Shown in pieces: positions 8,325 through 18,823 of a DNA stretch of 64,000 bases. Every line of letters begins with the position of its first letter. Position 1 is the stretch's first letter. Under the pieces are notes generated by a model. It did no database searches. It had not been told where the DNA came from and saw only the letters and a list, made by a program, of their open reading frames with translations. This DNA is from an uncultured bacterium (lineage in GTDB: Bacteria > Verrucomicrobiota > Verrucomicrobiia > Verrucomicrobiales > DEV007), in contig CAXBMO010000003.1 of NCBI GenBank assembly GCA_963977015.1, forward strand, positions 192,001-256,000, read 5' to 3'. Made by a program: the position numbers and the translations under genes.

Positions 8325-9638
8325 CTACACGGGGTATTCCCAGTCGCCGCGATACTCCCGCCGGAGCAGGGCGCTCGCTTCAGTATCCCCGGGGATTTCT
8401 TCTTTTTCTCCGTCCCATTCGATGCTCCGGCCCAGTTTCCAACTGAGCATCCCCAAGAGGCTCAGGTTCGTGGAAAGGTGGCCGATCTCCACGTCGGCAA
8501 CGGGTTTTGAGCCAGTCTCAATCGCATCCAGGAAATCGCGCCACAAGGGTGGCACGTTGTGTCCGTCTTTTTCGTTGTCGAACACCGGAGCTTCGTGAAT
8601 CTCAGTTTCCCCTTTTTTTGCCGGGTAAAAGGTCCAGCCATCGCGCCATCCCATATGGAACGTGCCCTTGCTTCCATAGAAATAGCAGCCGTAGCGAGAC
8701 TTTTCGCTTCCGCTCCCGGCAAATCGGCGGTGTTCCCAAGTTGCCGTAAAGTTCTCAAACTCGTAGGTGGCGACCTGATGGTCTGGGGCATCTGTCGTTT
8801 GCTCCGTCTCCGACAGGATTGCCGGGCCCATAATTGGGCGCCCGCCTGCCGAGAAGACTCGCTTTGGCCATTTCTCCTCGCTCCACCACAGCAGTTGATC
8901 CAGCCAGTGCACTCCCCAATCCCCGAGTGTGCCGTTGGCAAAATCCAGATAATTTCGAAATCGCCCAGGGTGAATGTTGTTGCAGTAGGGCCGGAGTGGA
9001 GCCGGGCCGCAATACAGATCCCAATCGAGATTTTTTGGCGGTTCACTGTTCGGAGTCGGCGTTTCCTTCCCTCCTCCACCCGTCACAAACATCTTCACCA
9101 TTCCAATGTCTCCCACCCTACCGCTCTTGAGGAACTCCATTCCGCTCACGTGGTGGGGACCGATGCGTCGATGCAACCCCACCTGAACCACTCGATCCGC
9201 TTCTCGTGCCGCATTCACCATGGCCCGGCTTTCTTTAACGGTGTGCCCCGTCGGCTTTTCCACAAACACATGTGCGCCCGCCTCAACCGCGGCGATGGTT
9301 TGCAGTGCATGCCAATGATCCGGCGTCGCGATAATCGCGATTTCGACCTTTTCATTTTCGAGCAACTCTCGATAATCAGTGTAGATGGCTGGGGTTTTCC
9401 CGGTTAGATCTCCAATCTCTTCCGCGCCAATTTCGAGACGGTCCGAGTCCACGTCACAGAGGGCGACCACTTCCGACTTTCCGGCGGCGATGGCTTCCTG
9501 AAGAATATTCATTCCCCACCACCCGGATCCAATCAGGGCAGTCCGGTATTTCTTGTCGTTTTTGGAATCGGCGTGGATAAACGGAGCGGAAGCTACCGAG
9601 CCGGCAGCTGTGGCGAGAAAAGAGCGGCGTGGGGTCAT
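8325..9638 (-). CDS. Gfo/Idh/MocA oxidoreductase with Tat signal
   Basis: RRSFL twin-arginine motif; IGSGWWG, ATPDHWH, VEKP and DWGVHWLD motifs. Confidence 0.9.
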   Translation of the reverse strand: MTPRRSFLATAAGSVASAPFIHADSKNDKKYRTALIGSGWWGMNILQEAIAAGKSEVVALCDVDSDRLEIGAEEIGDLTGKTPAIYTDYRELLENEKVEIAIIATPDHWHALQTIAAVEAGAHVFVEKPTGHTVKESRAMVNAAREADRVVQVGLHRRIGPHHVSGMEFLKSGRVGDIGMVKMFVTGGGGKETPTPNSEPPKNLDWDLYCGPAPLRPYCNNIHPGRFRNYLDFANGTLGDWGVHWLDQLLWWSEEKWPKRVFSAGGRPIMGPAILSETEQTTDAPDHQVATYEFENFTATWEHRRFAGSGSEKSRYGCYFYGSKGTFHMGWRDGWTFYPAKKGETEIHEAPVFDNEKDGHNVPPLWRDFLDAIETGSKPVADVEIGHLSTNLSLLGMLSWKLGRSIEWDGEKEEIPGDTEASALLRREYRGDWEYPV

Positions 9639-9698
9639 TGGCGTAAGTCTGAAGTTTTCAGTTTCAAGTTGCAAGTTCCAGTTGGATTCTGGACCGGA

Positions 9699-10388
9699 AT
9701 GCGCATTTCGGAGATTTTCTACTCAATTCAAGGTGAAGGACAACTCATCGGGGTCCCTTCGATTTTTATCAGGACTTCAGGATGCAATCTCCGATGTGCG
9801 TGGTGCGACACCATGTACTCATCGTGGTCGCCGGAAGGGAAAACCTGCTCGATTCCGACAATTCTCGATCAAATTAGCGACTTCCCCACCCACCATGTGG
9901 TATTGACAGGTGGCGAGCCCATGATCGCGAAGGGGATTCATCAACTGGCGAAGGATCTCCGCGACAAGGGTTATCACATCACCATTGAAACTGCGGGAAC
10001 CATCGCGCCGGAAGGCATCGCCTGCGATCTGGCGTCAATCAGTCCTAAACTGAGCCACTCGACTCCAACTGCGGACCAAATCGATCCATCGTGGGTCAAG
10101 AAACACGACGAGCGCCGCCTTCAGCCAATGATTCTGCGTTCCTGGATTGAACAGGGAGACTATCAGCTCAAGTTCGTGACCGATGGGGATGATTTGGTGG
10201 AGATTGGTGACCTTCTCTCTCAGCTTGGAGAGATTCCTGCTGAAAAAGTTCTCTTGATGCCAGAGGGAATCACTCCCGAGCAGCTGCAAAGCCGGATTCC
10301 AGGCGTCATCGCGGCGTGCAAGGAGCGTGGATTCCGTTTTTGTCCGCGACTTCACATTGATCTCTTCGGGAACACGCCCGGTACGTGA
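9699..10388 (+). CDS. queE: 7-carboxy-7-deazaguanine synthase (radical SAM)
   Basis: EIFYSIQGEG, CNLRCAWCDT, LTGGEP, IETAGT, SISPK and PRLH motifs. Confidence 0.92.
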   Translation: MRISEIFYSIQGEGQLIGVPSIFIRTSGCNLRCAWCDTMYSSWSPEGKTCSIPTILDQISDFPTHHVVLTGGEPMIAKGIHQLAKDLRDKGYHITIETAGTIAPEGIACDLASISPKLSHSTPTADQIDPSWVKKHDERRLQPMILRSWIEQGDYQLKFVTDGDDLVEIGDLLSQLGEIPAEKVLLMPEGITPEQLQSRIPGVIAACKERGFRFCPRLHIDLFGNTPGT

Positions 10389-10484
10389 CGAGACGGTAGA
10401 ACCATGCGATAATTGATGATATTGCGGAATCCCTTCGTCCAAACCCGCACAACTCAAGACACTTCACGTCAACTGCGTTTAACT

Positions 10485-12029
10485 ATGCCCCCAAAGAGCT
10501 GCTCCTACAGCATCCTGATTCTCTTCCTTTCGATTCCTGCGTCATTCGCCCAGGCCGCCGATTCCTCACCCGGAGTGCTCTCTGAACTTGAGATCAAGCC
10601 CGTTCTGATCTGGATCGTGTCGGCGATCGCCCTGATCTTGTCGATCGCAGCGTTTTTTGTGCCGCCCGCTCGTCGGGCCATGGTCAGCACCATTGTTTTG
10701 GCCACGTTGGCTGGAGTCGGAATCTGGAAAAATTGGCACGTCGGGGTCTTCGACCTGCTTTCCGGAGCGGCGACGCTCTCGGCCAATGCCGACGTCATCA
10801 AGGGACTGATTCTCGCCGGTGCTATGATTCTGGCGATTTTGTTCCTGCTCACCGCCTATCTGTTGGTCTTAACGTGGGGGCGAGGTGGATACGTATTGAT
10901 GGGGGTTGTTTCGATTTTCGGGGTGTGGGGGATCCTTGCGCATACCGAAATTCTTCCCAACACGATGATCTGGGAGGCGCTTCCCAACCAGATGGGCAGC
11001 GTCGGATTTCTACTCTCGGTTGGTTCCACTCTTGGTTTCGTATTGAGCGGGTTGGTGATTGCCTTTGGCGGTGGTGGAAAGAGTGGTAAGACGAGCGACG
11101 GCGATGAGAAGTCGACCGAAACGGAGCCCGAAGTCGCGAAAGCACCGGAACCGCCCGCTTCAAAGCCACTCCCGAAAGAGGTTCCCGCTCCTTCGTTCGC
11201 CGCGAACGAGATTCCCAAGCCCATCCCGGCGTCACCGTCTCCAACTGCCATTCCCGCTCCCGGTGTGAAGCCTGTCTCGGTCGCCACGCCAGCTCCAACG
11301 CCCCCGAAAACGGTTGAGCAGCCTCCAAAACCCGCCGCGATCCCGGCACCAACGACTCCACGGCCGTTGTCTCCCCAGAAGCCTGCGGCAGTTCCAGCAC
11401 CAGCCGTTGCGGCGAAAGTCTCCGAGCCTCCGAAGACGAGCGTTTCCACACCGATTTCAAAGCCGACTCCGGTGCCCCAACCTGCGGCCACTCCCAAGCC
11501 TGGATTCGGCGTGGTCTCGGCCAAGCCTGTTCTCGCTGTTTCTCCGGGCCTGAATTCATCCACTGTAGAACCTCGAAAAACTCCATTGAAGGTCGAGACT
11601 TCTACGGAAGTGAAGCGCGCGGAGCAGGTTGCTTTGCCGGCACCGGCTCCACCGAAACCGTCAGTTCCTGTTTCCGTCTTACCGAAGGCGCCACAAAAGC
11701 CAGCTCAACCGCCAGAAGCGGCTGAAGCAGCACCGAAAGTGTCGACACCGCCGTCGCGACCGGTCCTGAGCAATCAAACTCACGAGAACATCGATCACCT
11801 GCGCAAACACCAGCAAGACCGAATTCGCTCAAAGACCGCTGGCAAGGGACTCCCCACCATTAGTCCTGCGGAACTCAAGGCCGGTGTCTCCAAGCCCTCT
11901 GTGACCGTCACCGCGAAAGCGAAATCCAATTCCGAAGTAGCTCCAGAATTGGAGCGTTCGACCAACGTAAACTCAGGCCAGGAGAGCATCTCCTGGAAAA
12001 TGAAGAACGGTGTCTGGTCCCGCGGCTAG
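10485..12029 (+). CDS. Membrane protein with several TM helices and a long Pro/Ala/Lys-rich tail
   Basis: Signal-like N-terminus, about 5 hydrophobic segments, then roughly 300 aa of low complexity. Start uncertain. Confidence 0.7.
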   Translation: MPPKSCSYSILILFLSIPASFAQAADSSPGVLSELEIKPVLIWIVSAIALILSIAAFFVPPARRAMVSTIVLATLAGVGIWKNWHVGVFDLLSGAATLSANADVIKGLILAGAMILAILFLLTAYLLVLTWGRGGYVLMGVVSIFGVWGILAHTEILPNTMIWEALPNQMGSVGFLLSVGSTLGFVLSGLVIAFGGGGKSGKTSDGDEKSTETEPEVAKAPEPPASKPLPKEVPAPSFAANEIPKPIPASPSPTAIPAPGVKPVSVATPAPTPPKTVEQPPKPAAIPAPTTPRPLSPQKPAAVPAPAVAAKVSEPPKTSVSTPISKPTPVPQPAATPKPGFGVVSAKPVLAVSPGLNSSTVEPRKTPLKVETSTEVKRAEQVALPAPAPPKPSVPVSVLPKAPQKPAQPPEAAEAAPKVSTPPSRPVLSNQTHENIDHLRKHQQDRIRSKTAGKGLPTISPAELKAGVSKPSVTVTAKAKSNSEVAPELERSTNVNSGQESISWKMKNGVWSRG

Positions 12030-12448
12030 GCCTGGGAGACCACAACGGTGAGCTGAGGCTCTTTGGACCAAGGGCCTTCGACGCTCGTTGAGGCGGAGAG
12101 ATTGCCCGACGTGCGGATATCGTGATCAAAAATCCCGTTCGAGCGCCAACGCCAAACTACGGAGAGATACCCGAGATCAGAGATGAATTCGGTCTTCCCA
12201 ATCGCGGTTTTCCCGATTGGGGCTCCAACCATGCTCCATTCGGACTTGGCAGCCGGGCCGGTGATAACACCCTTTTCCGGAGGTTGTGGGCTGGCGGGCA
12301 AAGGCGACCATGGCCCCTGCGTGACAAGAGACTTCACCACCCTGAAGTCCTGATTGGTGTCATTCTGAAGCTGAACCTTCACTTTTCTTGCTTCGGCGGA
12401 AGCAGGAGCGGCGGGAGAAGATGGCTTGGCTTCTTTCTGATCTAGCAT
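12026..12448 (-). CDS. Small beta-rich protein resembling the aegerolysin/Cry34 family
   Basis: ARKVKVQLQNDT...GPW...P...W..G...G pattern; 140 aa; no signal peptide. Resemblance judged by eye. Confidence 0.5.
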   Translation of the reverse strand: MLDQKEAKPSSPAAPASAEARKVKVQLQNDTNQDFRVVKSLVTQGPWSPLPASPQPPEKGVITGPAAKSEWSMVGAPIGKTAIGKTEFISDLGYLSVVWRWRSNGIFDHDIRTSGNLSASTSVEGPWSKEPQLTVVVSQA

Positions 12449-12580
12449 AGGCCGACTATATCAGCCAGGATGGCTAATGCTCAACCAGCAACTTTGCCTT
12501 CTTGCAAAAAAGATTCGCTGATTTGCAATCCTTCTCGCCTTGAAAGCCATAAGTCGCTCCTGGTGTGGGAGCAATGACGC

Positions 12581-14572
12581 TTAGATTACCCGATCGTTGC
12601 CGCCATCCACCGGGATTTGCGCCCCTGTAGTTCGGGCGAACAGCGGTCCGGCCATTGCGGAGACCATCGCTCCAACTTCCCGGCTTTTGATCTCCGTTTT
12701 CATGAGGTTGCGACGCTTGTATTCCTCGACGGTTAACCCGTAGCGCTCGGCAGATCGCGCAAGCTTCTCAGGTGTCCAAAGCTTCGTGTCGAACACGGCA
12801 TCCGGATGAATGATGTTACAACGAACCCCTTCGGGTCCCAGTTCCAAAGCAGCGACGCGACAAAGCTGCGTCAGCGCAGCTTTTGCGCAGGAATAGCTGG
12901 CGGCGCCCGGTCCGGGAGCCATCACGTTTCGTGATCCCACAATGACAATCGCACCGTCGATCCCCTGCTTCAGGTAAGGAATCGTGTATTTCAAAAGTTT
13001 CTGATGGCTCGTAAGGTTCACGGCCATCGATTTTTCCCAATTCTCTTGTTCCAACGCGTCCAGATATTGACCGGCGGTAAAAATGCCGGCGTTGCTCACC
13101 ACGATATCGATTCCGCCGAATCGCCGAACCGTCTCTTCAATGGCGGCGACGACTTGCTGATCATCCGTCAGGTTCACGACTTTGCCGATTCCTCCCAATC
13201 TGGCCATTCCTTCCTCGATTTCCGGGTTCAAGTCGAGGCCGACCACCTTTGCGCCGGCCTCAGCCAGGGCTTCGGCGCAAGCGTAGCCGATCCCGGCCGC
13301 TGATCCGGTCACCAAGGCAACCTTGCCCTGATGGGTTGGAGCGGAACCACCCTTCTTCAGTTTCGCCTGCTCAAGATCCCAATATTCGACATCAAAAATT
13401 TCTTTCTCGCCAAGCGCTTCCCAGCCTCCTGTCGCTTCGCCCAACTGCACCGTTTCCCACGTGGCTTCCGCGATATCCCGAATAATCCCGGCTTCTTTCT
13501 CGGTCGCCCCAAAGGCAATCACGCCATTGTTCTTCCAGATCGCGAACCTCGGGGAAGGGTCCAACATGGTTTCACCGTCCTGGTTCCGGTCAAAATACTC
13601 TATGTAGGCCTCGGCAAACGCGTTCAAGTCGTTCTCGATGTCGTCGCCGATCACTGCCGGAATTCGCTTGGTCCGAATGCTGTGATCCGGTGTGAGCGGG
13701 CCGCGCGTTCCAATCTCAGCAACGTCATCACGCGATGCGTAACCAGCTGCGGATTCGCCGGAGTCAAGCTTCGCAATCACCGGCACTCCCCGCCGCTTTG
13801 ATACGCCCTTGCGAATTTCGGCAAGTTTCAGAAGATCAGAGTCCGCTTTGGCGGTCGCCAAGGGATTTGGCCCAGCCAATTCCGCCAGAAAGGATTCAGC
13901 CTTGGAAACCAGCTTGATCATCAATTCATAGCTCTTGCGGGCATCATCATCGAAGGTGAAAATGCCGTGGTTCATGAGGATCAGCCCCTGAACGCCTTCG
14001 GAAGCCAAATCGCGATCGCGAATCAAATCATAGACGGTCTTCGCCAAGTCGAACCCAGGCATGACGTAAGGAACGATGATCACGGATTCACCGAAGACCT
14101 TCTTTACGCGATCTTCGCCGTCTTTGTGATTGGTTAACGCGACGATCGCGTTCGAATGGGTGTGGTCGACGAATTTGAAGGGAATCACCGCGTGAAGAAT
14201 CGCTTCGATCGAAGGATTGGGAGCTTCCGGATCAAGCATGGCCGAGCGCTGCTGCCGAACCATCTCGGCATCATCCAATGCATCCAGTTTGGCCATCTTC
14301 AGAAGTGCCTCCATCTTGACGGGGGCGAACCCGGCTGCCTCGATTGTCCCTAAATCCCAACCGCTGCCCTTCACGTAAAGCACGTCCACTTCATCTCCGA
14401 AGAAATCCGTTTCCGTCACTTTTACCGAGGTATTCCCCCCACCATGGAGGACCAAGGCTTCGTTGCGACCAAGCAGGCGGGAGGTGTAAACCCGCTTGTC
14501 GAGATCAGTCTTGTAATCAGTTGCTTCAGAGTCGGACCAGAGAGATTCCATAGGCCGATGATGTTTGGCCAT
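12581..14572 (-). CDS. Bifunctional class II aldolase / short-chain dehydrogenase (rhamnulose-1-phosphate aldolase-SDR family)
   Basis: HGGGNTSVK, PSIEAILH and VDHTH aldolase motifs; TGSAAGIG, NAG and YSCAK SDR motifs. Alternative start at 14551. Confidence 0.9.
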   Translation of the reverse strand: MAKHHRPMESLWSDSEATDYKTDLDKRVYTSRLLGRNEALVLHGGGNTSVKVTETDFFGDEVDVLYVKGSGWDLGTIEAAGFAPVKMEALLKMAKLDALDDAEMVRQQRSAMLDPEAPNPSIEAILHAVIPFKFVDHTHSNAIVALTNHKDGEDRVKKVFGESVIIVPYVMPGFDLAKTVYDLIRDRDLASEGVQGLILMNHGIFTFDDDARKSYELMIKLVSKAESFLAELAGPNPLATAKADSDLLKLAEIRKGVSKRRGVPVIAKLDSGESAAGYASRDDVAEIGTRGPLTPDHSIRTKRIPAVIGDDIENDLNAFAEAYIEYFDRNQDGETMLDPSPRFAIWKNNGVIAFGATEKEAGIIRDIAEATWETVQLGEATGGWEALGEKEIFDVEYWDLEQAKLKKGGSAPTHQGKVALVTGSAAGIGYACAEALAEAGAKVVGLDLNPEIEEGMARLGGIGKVVNLTDDQQVVAAIEETVRRFGGIDIVVSNAGIFTAGQYLDALEQENWEKSMAVNLTSHQKLLKYTIPYLKQGIDGAIVIVGSRNVMAPGPGAASYSCAKAALTQLCRVAALELGPEGVRCNIIHPDAVFDTKLWTPEKLARSAERYGLTVEEYKRRNLMKTEIKSREVGAMVSAMAGPLFARTTGAQIPVDGGNDRVI

Positions 14573-14646
14573 TTGATGCTGATTGGCCAGCGAAATTTGC
14601 GTTCGTTGTCGCTGCCAGGATCGGTCAAAAAGGGTTTAACCGCACG

Positions 14647-15330
14647 CTAGGGCTTGGAAATCGCCGTTCCACGAATCGGCTCGAGCGGATCAGTGTCCAT
14701 CTGACCGGGGATCGGCATCAGGTAGCTGCGCACGCCTTTCCACTTGAATTCGTTGATTCGCTTCATCAAAAATGAGGCGGGAGGTTCCCGAAATACGTAG
14801 GGTTGATATTGCTTCAGCGCTTCGATATCCAGAGATTGGAGCCATAGGCGGGCCGCCCGGTAATCCTTCCCCTGGTAGGTGACTTTCACGAGGAATCGGT
14901 CCTCGAAGAGGACTCGCACCGTCTCGTTGACGCCATCCAACTCATCAATCAGGATCGCCGGATTGGAGCGCCAATGCCCCGGGCGCAGTTCTTCGCTGCG
15001 AAGATCTTCCTTCTTCAGCTTAAACATCGCCGTCAACGTTGGATCGTTGCATGTATCGCGAATCTCAACCCGCACTCTGGTTGGTTCAACGCCCTCGAGA
15101 CCAGTCTTGAGCGCCTCGGCAAACACCCGGATCGCCTTGGAGGTAACGATTCCGCTGTATTCGTGCGCAGCTTCCGAGCGCTCCAGTTCCCAGCCTTTTG
15201 GAGCTGATGGCAAAACATCGAGAAGCACCTGGGGCTCCGCCGGCAAATGTCGAATCACTTGCGGCTCCGGGAGCGCGAACGCGGACGAGAACCCGAGGAA
15301 GGAAAAAAGGAACCAGAATACAATTCGCAT
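14647..15330 (-). CDS. Hypothetical exported protein directly downstream of the second pilin cassette
   Basis: Sec signal ending AFA; starts 13 nt after the vccA-like stop. Confidence 0.7.
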   Translation of the reverse strand: MRIVFWFLFSFLGFSSAFALPEPQVIRHLPAEPQVLLDVLPSAPKGWELERSEAAHEYSGIVTSKAIRVFAEALKTGLEGVEPTRVRVEIRDTCNDPTLTAMFKLKKEDLRSEELRPGHWRSNPAILIDELDGVNETVRVLFEDRFLVKVTYQGKDYRAARLWLQSLDIEALKQYQPYVFREPPASFLMKRINEFKWKGVRSYLMPIPGQMDTDPLEPIRGTAISKP

Positions 15331-15343
15331 GGCGTGGGTTGGT

Positions 15344-18300
15344 TTAACTATCCAAGTAACGAAAAAAGATGACGCGATATTTCATCACGGGATCGGCGGG
15401 GTTGTTGGCCTCGCGCAGGGTGGTCTTCTTGTAAGGAAGGGTCGCCAGCGCCTCCTCACCCTCCAGCGTAACGGCGGTCGGTCCATCGATCTCGGCAAAT
15501 TTCCCTTCATCGCCATCCAGCGCAGGCGTCAAGGTCGGAGCGGCTCCAGGCATGGCTCGACCCGAAATCCGTCCCTTAAGCCCCCCGACCGGATCGGCGG
15601 TCTTGTTCCAAATGGCAAAATTGTCGACCCCACCATTTCCGACGACTCCGTCATTTCCGGGCCAGACATAGCGCTCGACCACCGCATAAAACCTGCGCTC
15701 GCCCATCACCGAATCCCCCGTTTGGAACTGGTCATAGACAGGCGTCGAAAGGAGGTTTGTCAGGATGTGTCCGGGGGCTTTGTGGACGACTTGCGCAACG
15801 CCCCAAACCCCAAACGTGTTGGTTTTGGTGGTCAGGATGCCCGCCAGGTTACGGGTCAGCTTTTCGCGCTCCCACGCATTCTCTCCCTCGTCCCAAATTT
15901 TTGCCAACTCCCCCACATACTGAAAGACCTGTTCCTTGTCCTGATGGTCGAGAATCTCTTGGGCGATCTCTGCTTCCTCGCCTTCGTCAGCCATGAACCG
16001 AAATACCGCTTCCAGCGGCTTGGTTCGATCCGGAGCATCGAAGTAGCTGCTTTGCGGATAGACGCGGCAATTGAGATTCACCTTCCCGGCCGTTGAATTC
16101 ATGAAGCCGATGCTGCCCCATTCGTTGGGGAGATTGCGACCGTCCCACCACGATTGGCGCTCGCGACGGTAGTTGATTGCAAAGAGGTCCAGAAGCGCCC
16201 ATTCGGGAAAATCCCCATCCTCTTCCAACGAGAGCGTCTGCCAGGGGATGCCGGATTGGATTCCCGTGTGGATGAGCGAAAAATAACCAACAGAAGGCAG
16301 GCGGGAATGCTCCCAATCATGAACGAAAAGATTCCGCCCCCCGTCTGTATCCAATTCAGGATCGGAGGATGCAATGGACAAATTGAACCCGGAAACCTCC
16401 GTGTCTGAACCGCCCAATTGGAGATACCGCAACTTGCTCTCCTGATCCGCGTCAGGAGCATATTCAAAATTCGGCTCCCCAATCGAGTCGAGGCCATCAG
16501 CCACTTCTTTCCAGTCCTCCTTCCAGAAGGCGACGCGAGGATCTTCGACTTCCCAACTGACAACGTATTCCTCATCGAGGTTGTCGATCTCAAACTCCTT
16601 CTCCAGATAGTTCTCGCTCGGCTCCTCTTCACCGTCAGCCACAAATCTCGGCATCGGAACCAACTGCTTCACGCGTGGCCCGCGGATGGTTCGAAAGATC
16701 TGCCCCTCTTCTCCCTCCACTGCTCCCGTGATGCCCAACCCAAGGCGGACTTTCAAATGAAACTTGAGGCCATTCTGCGCCTCGTCCCGATCCACCACAA
16801 CCACCTCGCCTCCATACATTTCGTGGAGATCACTGGTGAGATAGTGCGAACGTGAAGCTGCGACTGCATAATCCAACTCCTGATCGTTGCCGTGTCCAAT
16901 CGGGCCCGGCATCGCACTCCACATGGAGAGGTTCCGGTCGTCCCAACTCGGCTGATCCAGGATCTTGTGCCGGTCCTCTTCCGGGTCCGCCAGGGAGCCG
17001 AGGCCGAAACTGAGAAAATCGACTTTAACAGGAAAGGCGTTCGGGCTCAGGCGCGGGCCAAACGGATGCATGAAAAGCTCGACTTCATATCGAATCCGGA
17101 ACATGAAACGCGTTGATTTGCCATTTTCCTCGGGAGGAATCTCGACGGGCTTGATGTAGAATTTGATCTCGTTGAGATGAGGCCCGGGCGTTTGGGGGAG
17201 CAATGGCAGATCGTCAGGACCCGGATTTTCAATCACCTCAAAATCATCGTCCAAATACCACAGATCCAATTCCGGGATCCTGGGCTGCGCTTCGGGTTCC
17301 AGATCCTTCGGTTTGAGTAAAAACTGTCGGCCTCCATCCTCGTAACGTTTCGTGCTGACTTCATAGGCGTCAGCGGCCTCATGAGTGTGCCGATTCATCG
17401 AGGTCACGTAATTGTGATAACTCCCGGTGAATCCGTTTCCACCAATCGGGCCGGTGCCAAGCCGTGACATCAGGGCCAGATTGAGCGCAATCTGCTTCGT
17501 CTCCAGCTTCACGAGGTCGTCATCGGTCAATCCGGGGCGCTCATTGCGTTTCGTCGCGGCGGCGATGTTTTTCGCGATTTCCTGCTCCGCAAAGCTCGCC
17601 CCTCCTTCGCTCTGCGAACCCTCCGCCATTTTCGGCCATGGCCGGTTCAGGTATTGGTAGATCATTTTGGCGCCGGCCAGTTTGGCCACGTTCGCGGCGT
17701 CCGCCTCCTTTTCAGTTCGGCGATATTCCCTTTCCATATCATTCCCCACCACGATGTAATTCCCTTCCTGCTCCTTGGTGTAGATCATTCCGCTCTCTCC
17801 GGTCAGAGTCTGAAGCCGGGGCTGATGATTGACGTAAAATGGAGTCTGATAGGACGGCCCTGTTTCCAACGAGTCGAAGAGGAAGACAGGGATGAGGCGC
17901 GGCTCGCCAAAAACATTGAATTCCGGTGACCGATTGTAGAACGTGAAGTTCCACTGCTGTTCGCGATACCACTCGATCGCCGCATCCTCCTCAAGTTTCA
18001 CATAGCGCAAAATGGAGTCCGGATAGCGATGGAATCCCCGGAATCGGGAGTGCCTCAAGAGCGCAGGTTTGTCCAGATGTTCAGGATCCTCGAAGAGCAC
18101 CTCCAGATTAACCGACGAGGGATGCCCCAAGGAATAGCCCATTCTCAATTCCTGACCTTCTTCTTCCATCGCGAAGCGCGGCGTCAGGACCCCGGAATTC
18201 ATCGCCTCCCGCCAGTTGATTTCGGATTCCTGTGGGTTCGGCTTTCCCAGTGCCGTGCTAACATTGATCTTGGTCGATTCGTCATCGATCCAGAACGCAT

Positions 18301-18820
18301 AACGCCCAATCATGCGATTCTTGGGGCCAGCCTTCTCTGAAGGATCCCGCAGGACTGAAATCCAGGAGACCCGCATCTCGGGGCGATCGCCACCGTCTGG
18401 ATCTGTCGCGATCGGGCCATGGGAGTGTCCTGGAATTGGACGATTCAAATCGGCTGAGGACTCGTCATCACCATTTTGAGCGGCTCCGCTATGCAACGGA
18501 ATGTGAGTCAATTTGCCGGTTTGCGAATCGATCAGCGTGAGACGGCCTGGGTTGGTGATCCAATCGGCCGGTGGATCCTCGCCCGCCGGAGTGTTGAGCG
18601 GCGCGGGATCCGGGATATTGGAGCGAAGCGTTTCGATCGCATGAGAGAGCGCTCCATCCGCGAGCAGTTGGGCGCGATAGGTTTTTTCGACCGCGTCGGA
18701 AACCCGCAATTCGGTCGACATATTCGAGGCAAACCCCAGGACGAGAATCGCGAGGAGCGCAATCGCCACGAGAACCATCAGAATGGCGATGCCACGTTGA
18801 TTCTGGAGTTGGAAAGTCAC
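15344..18820 (-). CDS. vccA: Verru_Chthon cassette protein A-like large PilX/GspK-type protein
   Basis: RG|IAILMVLV prepilin-like start without Glu5; GRYAFWIDDESTKIN, STAGKVNLN, LTTKTNTF, VVERY and KYRVIFFRYL motifs. Confidence 0.75.
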   Translation of the reverse strand: MTFQLQNQRGIAILMVLVAIALLAILVLGFASNMSTELRVSDAVEKTYRAQLLADGALSHAIETLRSNIPDPAPLNTPAGEDPPADWITNPGRLTLIDSQTGKLTHIPLHSGAAQNGDDESSADLNRPIPGHSHGPIATDPDGGDRPEMRVSWISVLRDPSEKAGPKNRMIGRYAFWIDDESTKINVSTALGKPNPQESEINWREAMNSGVLTPRFAMEEEGQELRMGYSLGHPSSVNLEVLFEDPEHLDKPALLRHSRFRGFHRYPDSILRYVKLEEDAAIEWYREQQWNFTFYNRSPEFNVFGEPRLIPVFLFDSLETGPSYQTPFYVNHQPRLQTLTGESGMIYTKEQEGNYIVVGNDMEREYRRTEKEADAANVAKLAGAKMIYQYLNRPWPKMAEGSQSEGGASFAEQEIAKNIAAATKRNERPGLTDDDLVKLETKQIALNLALMSRLGTGPIGGNGFTGSYHNYVTSMNRHTHEAADAYEVSTKRYEDGGRQFLLKPKDLEPEAQPRIPELDLWYLDDDFEVIENPGPDDLPLLPQTPGPHLNEIKFYIKPVEIPPEENGKSTRFMFRIRYEVELFMHPFGPRLSPNAFPVKVDFLSFGLGSLADPEEDRHKILDQPSWDDRNLSMWSAMPGPIGHGNDQELDYAVAASRSHYLTSDLHEMYGGEVVVVDRDEAQNGLKFHLKVRLGLGITGAVEGEEGQIFRTIRGPRVKQLVPMPRFVADGEEEPSENYLEKEFEIDNLDEEYVVSWEVEDPRVAFWKEDWKEVADGLDSIGEPNFEYAPDADQESKLRYLQLGGSDTEVSGFNLSIASSDPELDTDGGRNLFVHDWEHSRLPSVGYFSLIHTGIQSGIPWQTLSLEEDGDFPEWALLDLFAINYRRERQSWWDGRNLPNEWGSIGFMNSTAGKVNLNCRVYPQSSYFDAPDRTKPLEAVFRFMADEGEEAEIAQEILDHQDKEQVFQYVGELAKIWDEGENAWEREKLTRNLAGILTTKTNTFGVWGVAQVVHKAPGHILTNLLSTPVYDQFQTGDSVMGERRFYAVVERYVWPGNDGVVGNGGVDNFAIWNKTADPVGGLKGRISGRAMPGAAPTLTPALDGDEGKFAEIDGPTAVTLEGEEALATLPYKKTTLREANNPADPVMKYRVIFFRYLDS

Positions 18821-18823
18821 GCG

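Noticed and set aside
14879-16096. 405-aa plus-strand ORF
   Set aside because: Antisense shadow spanning two well-supported minus-strand genes.
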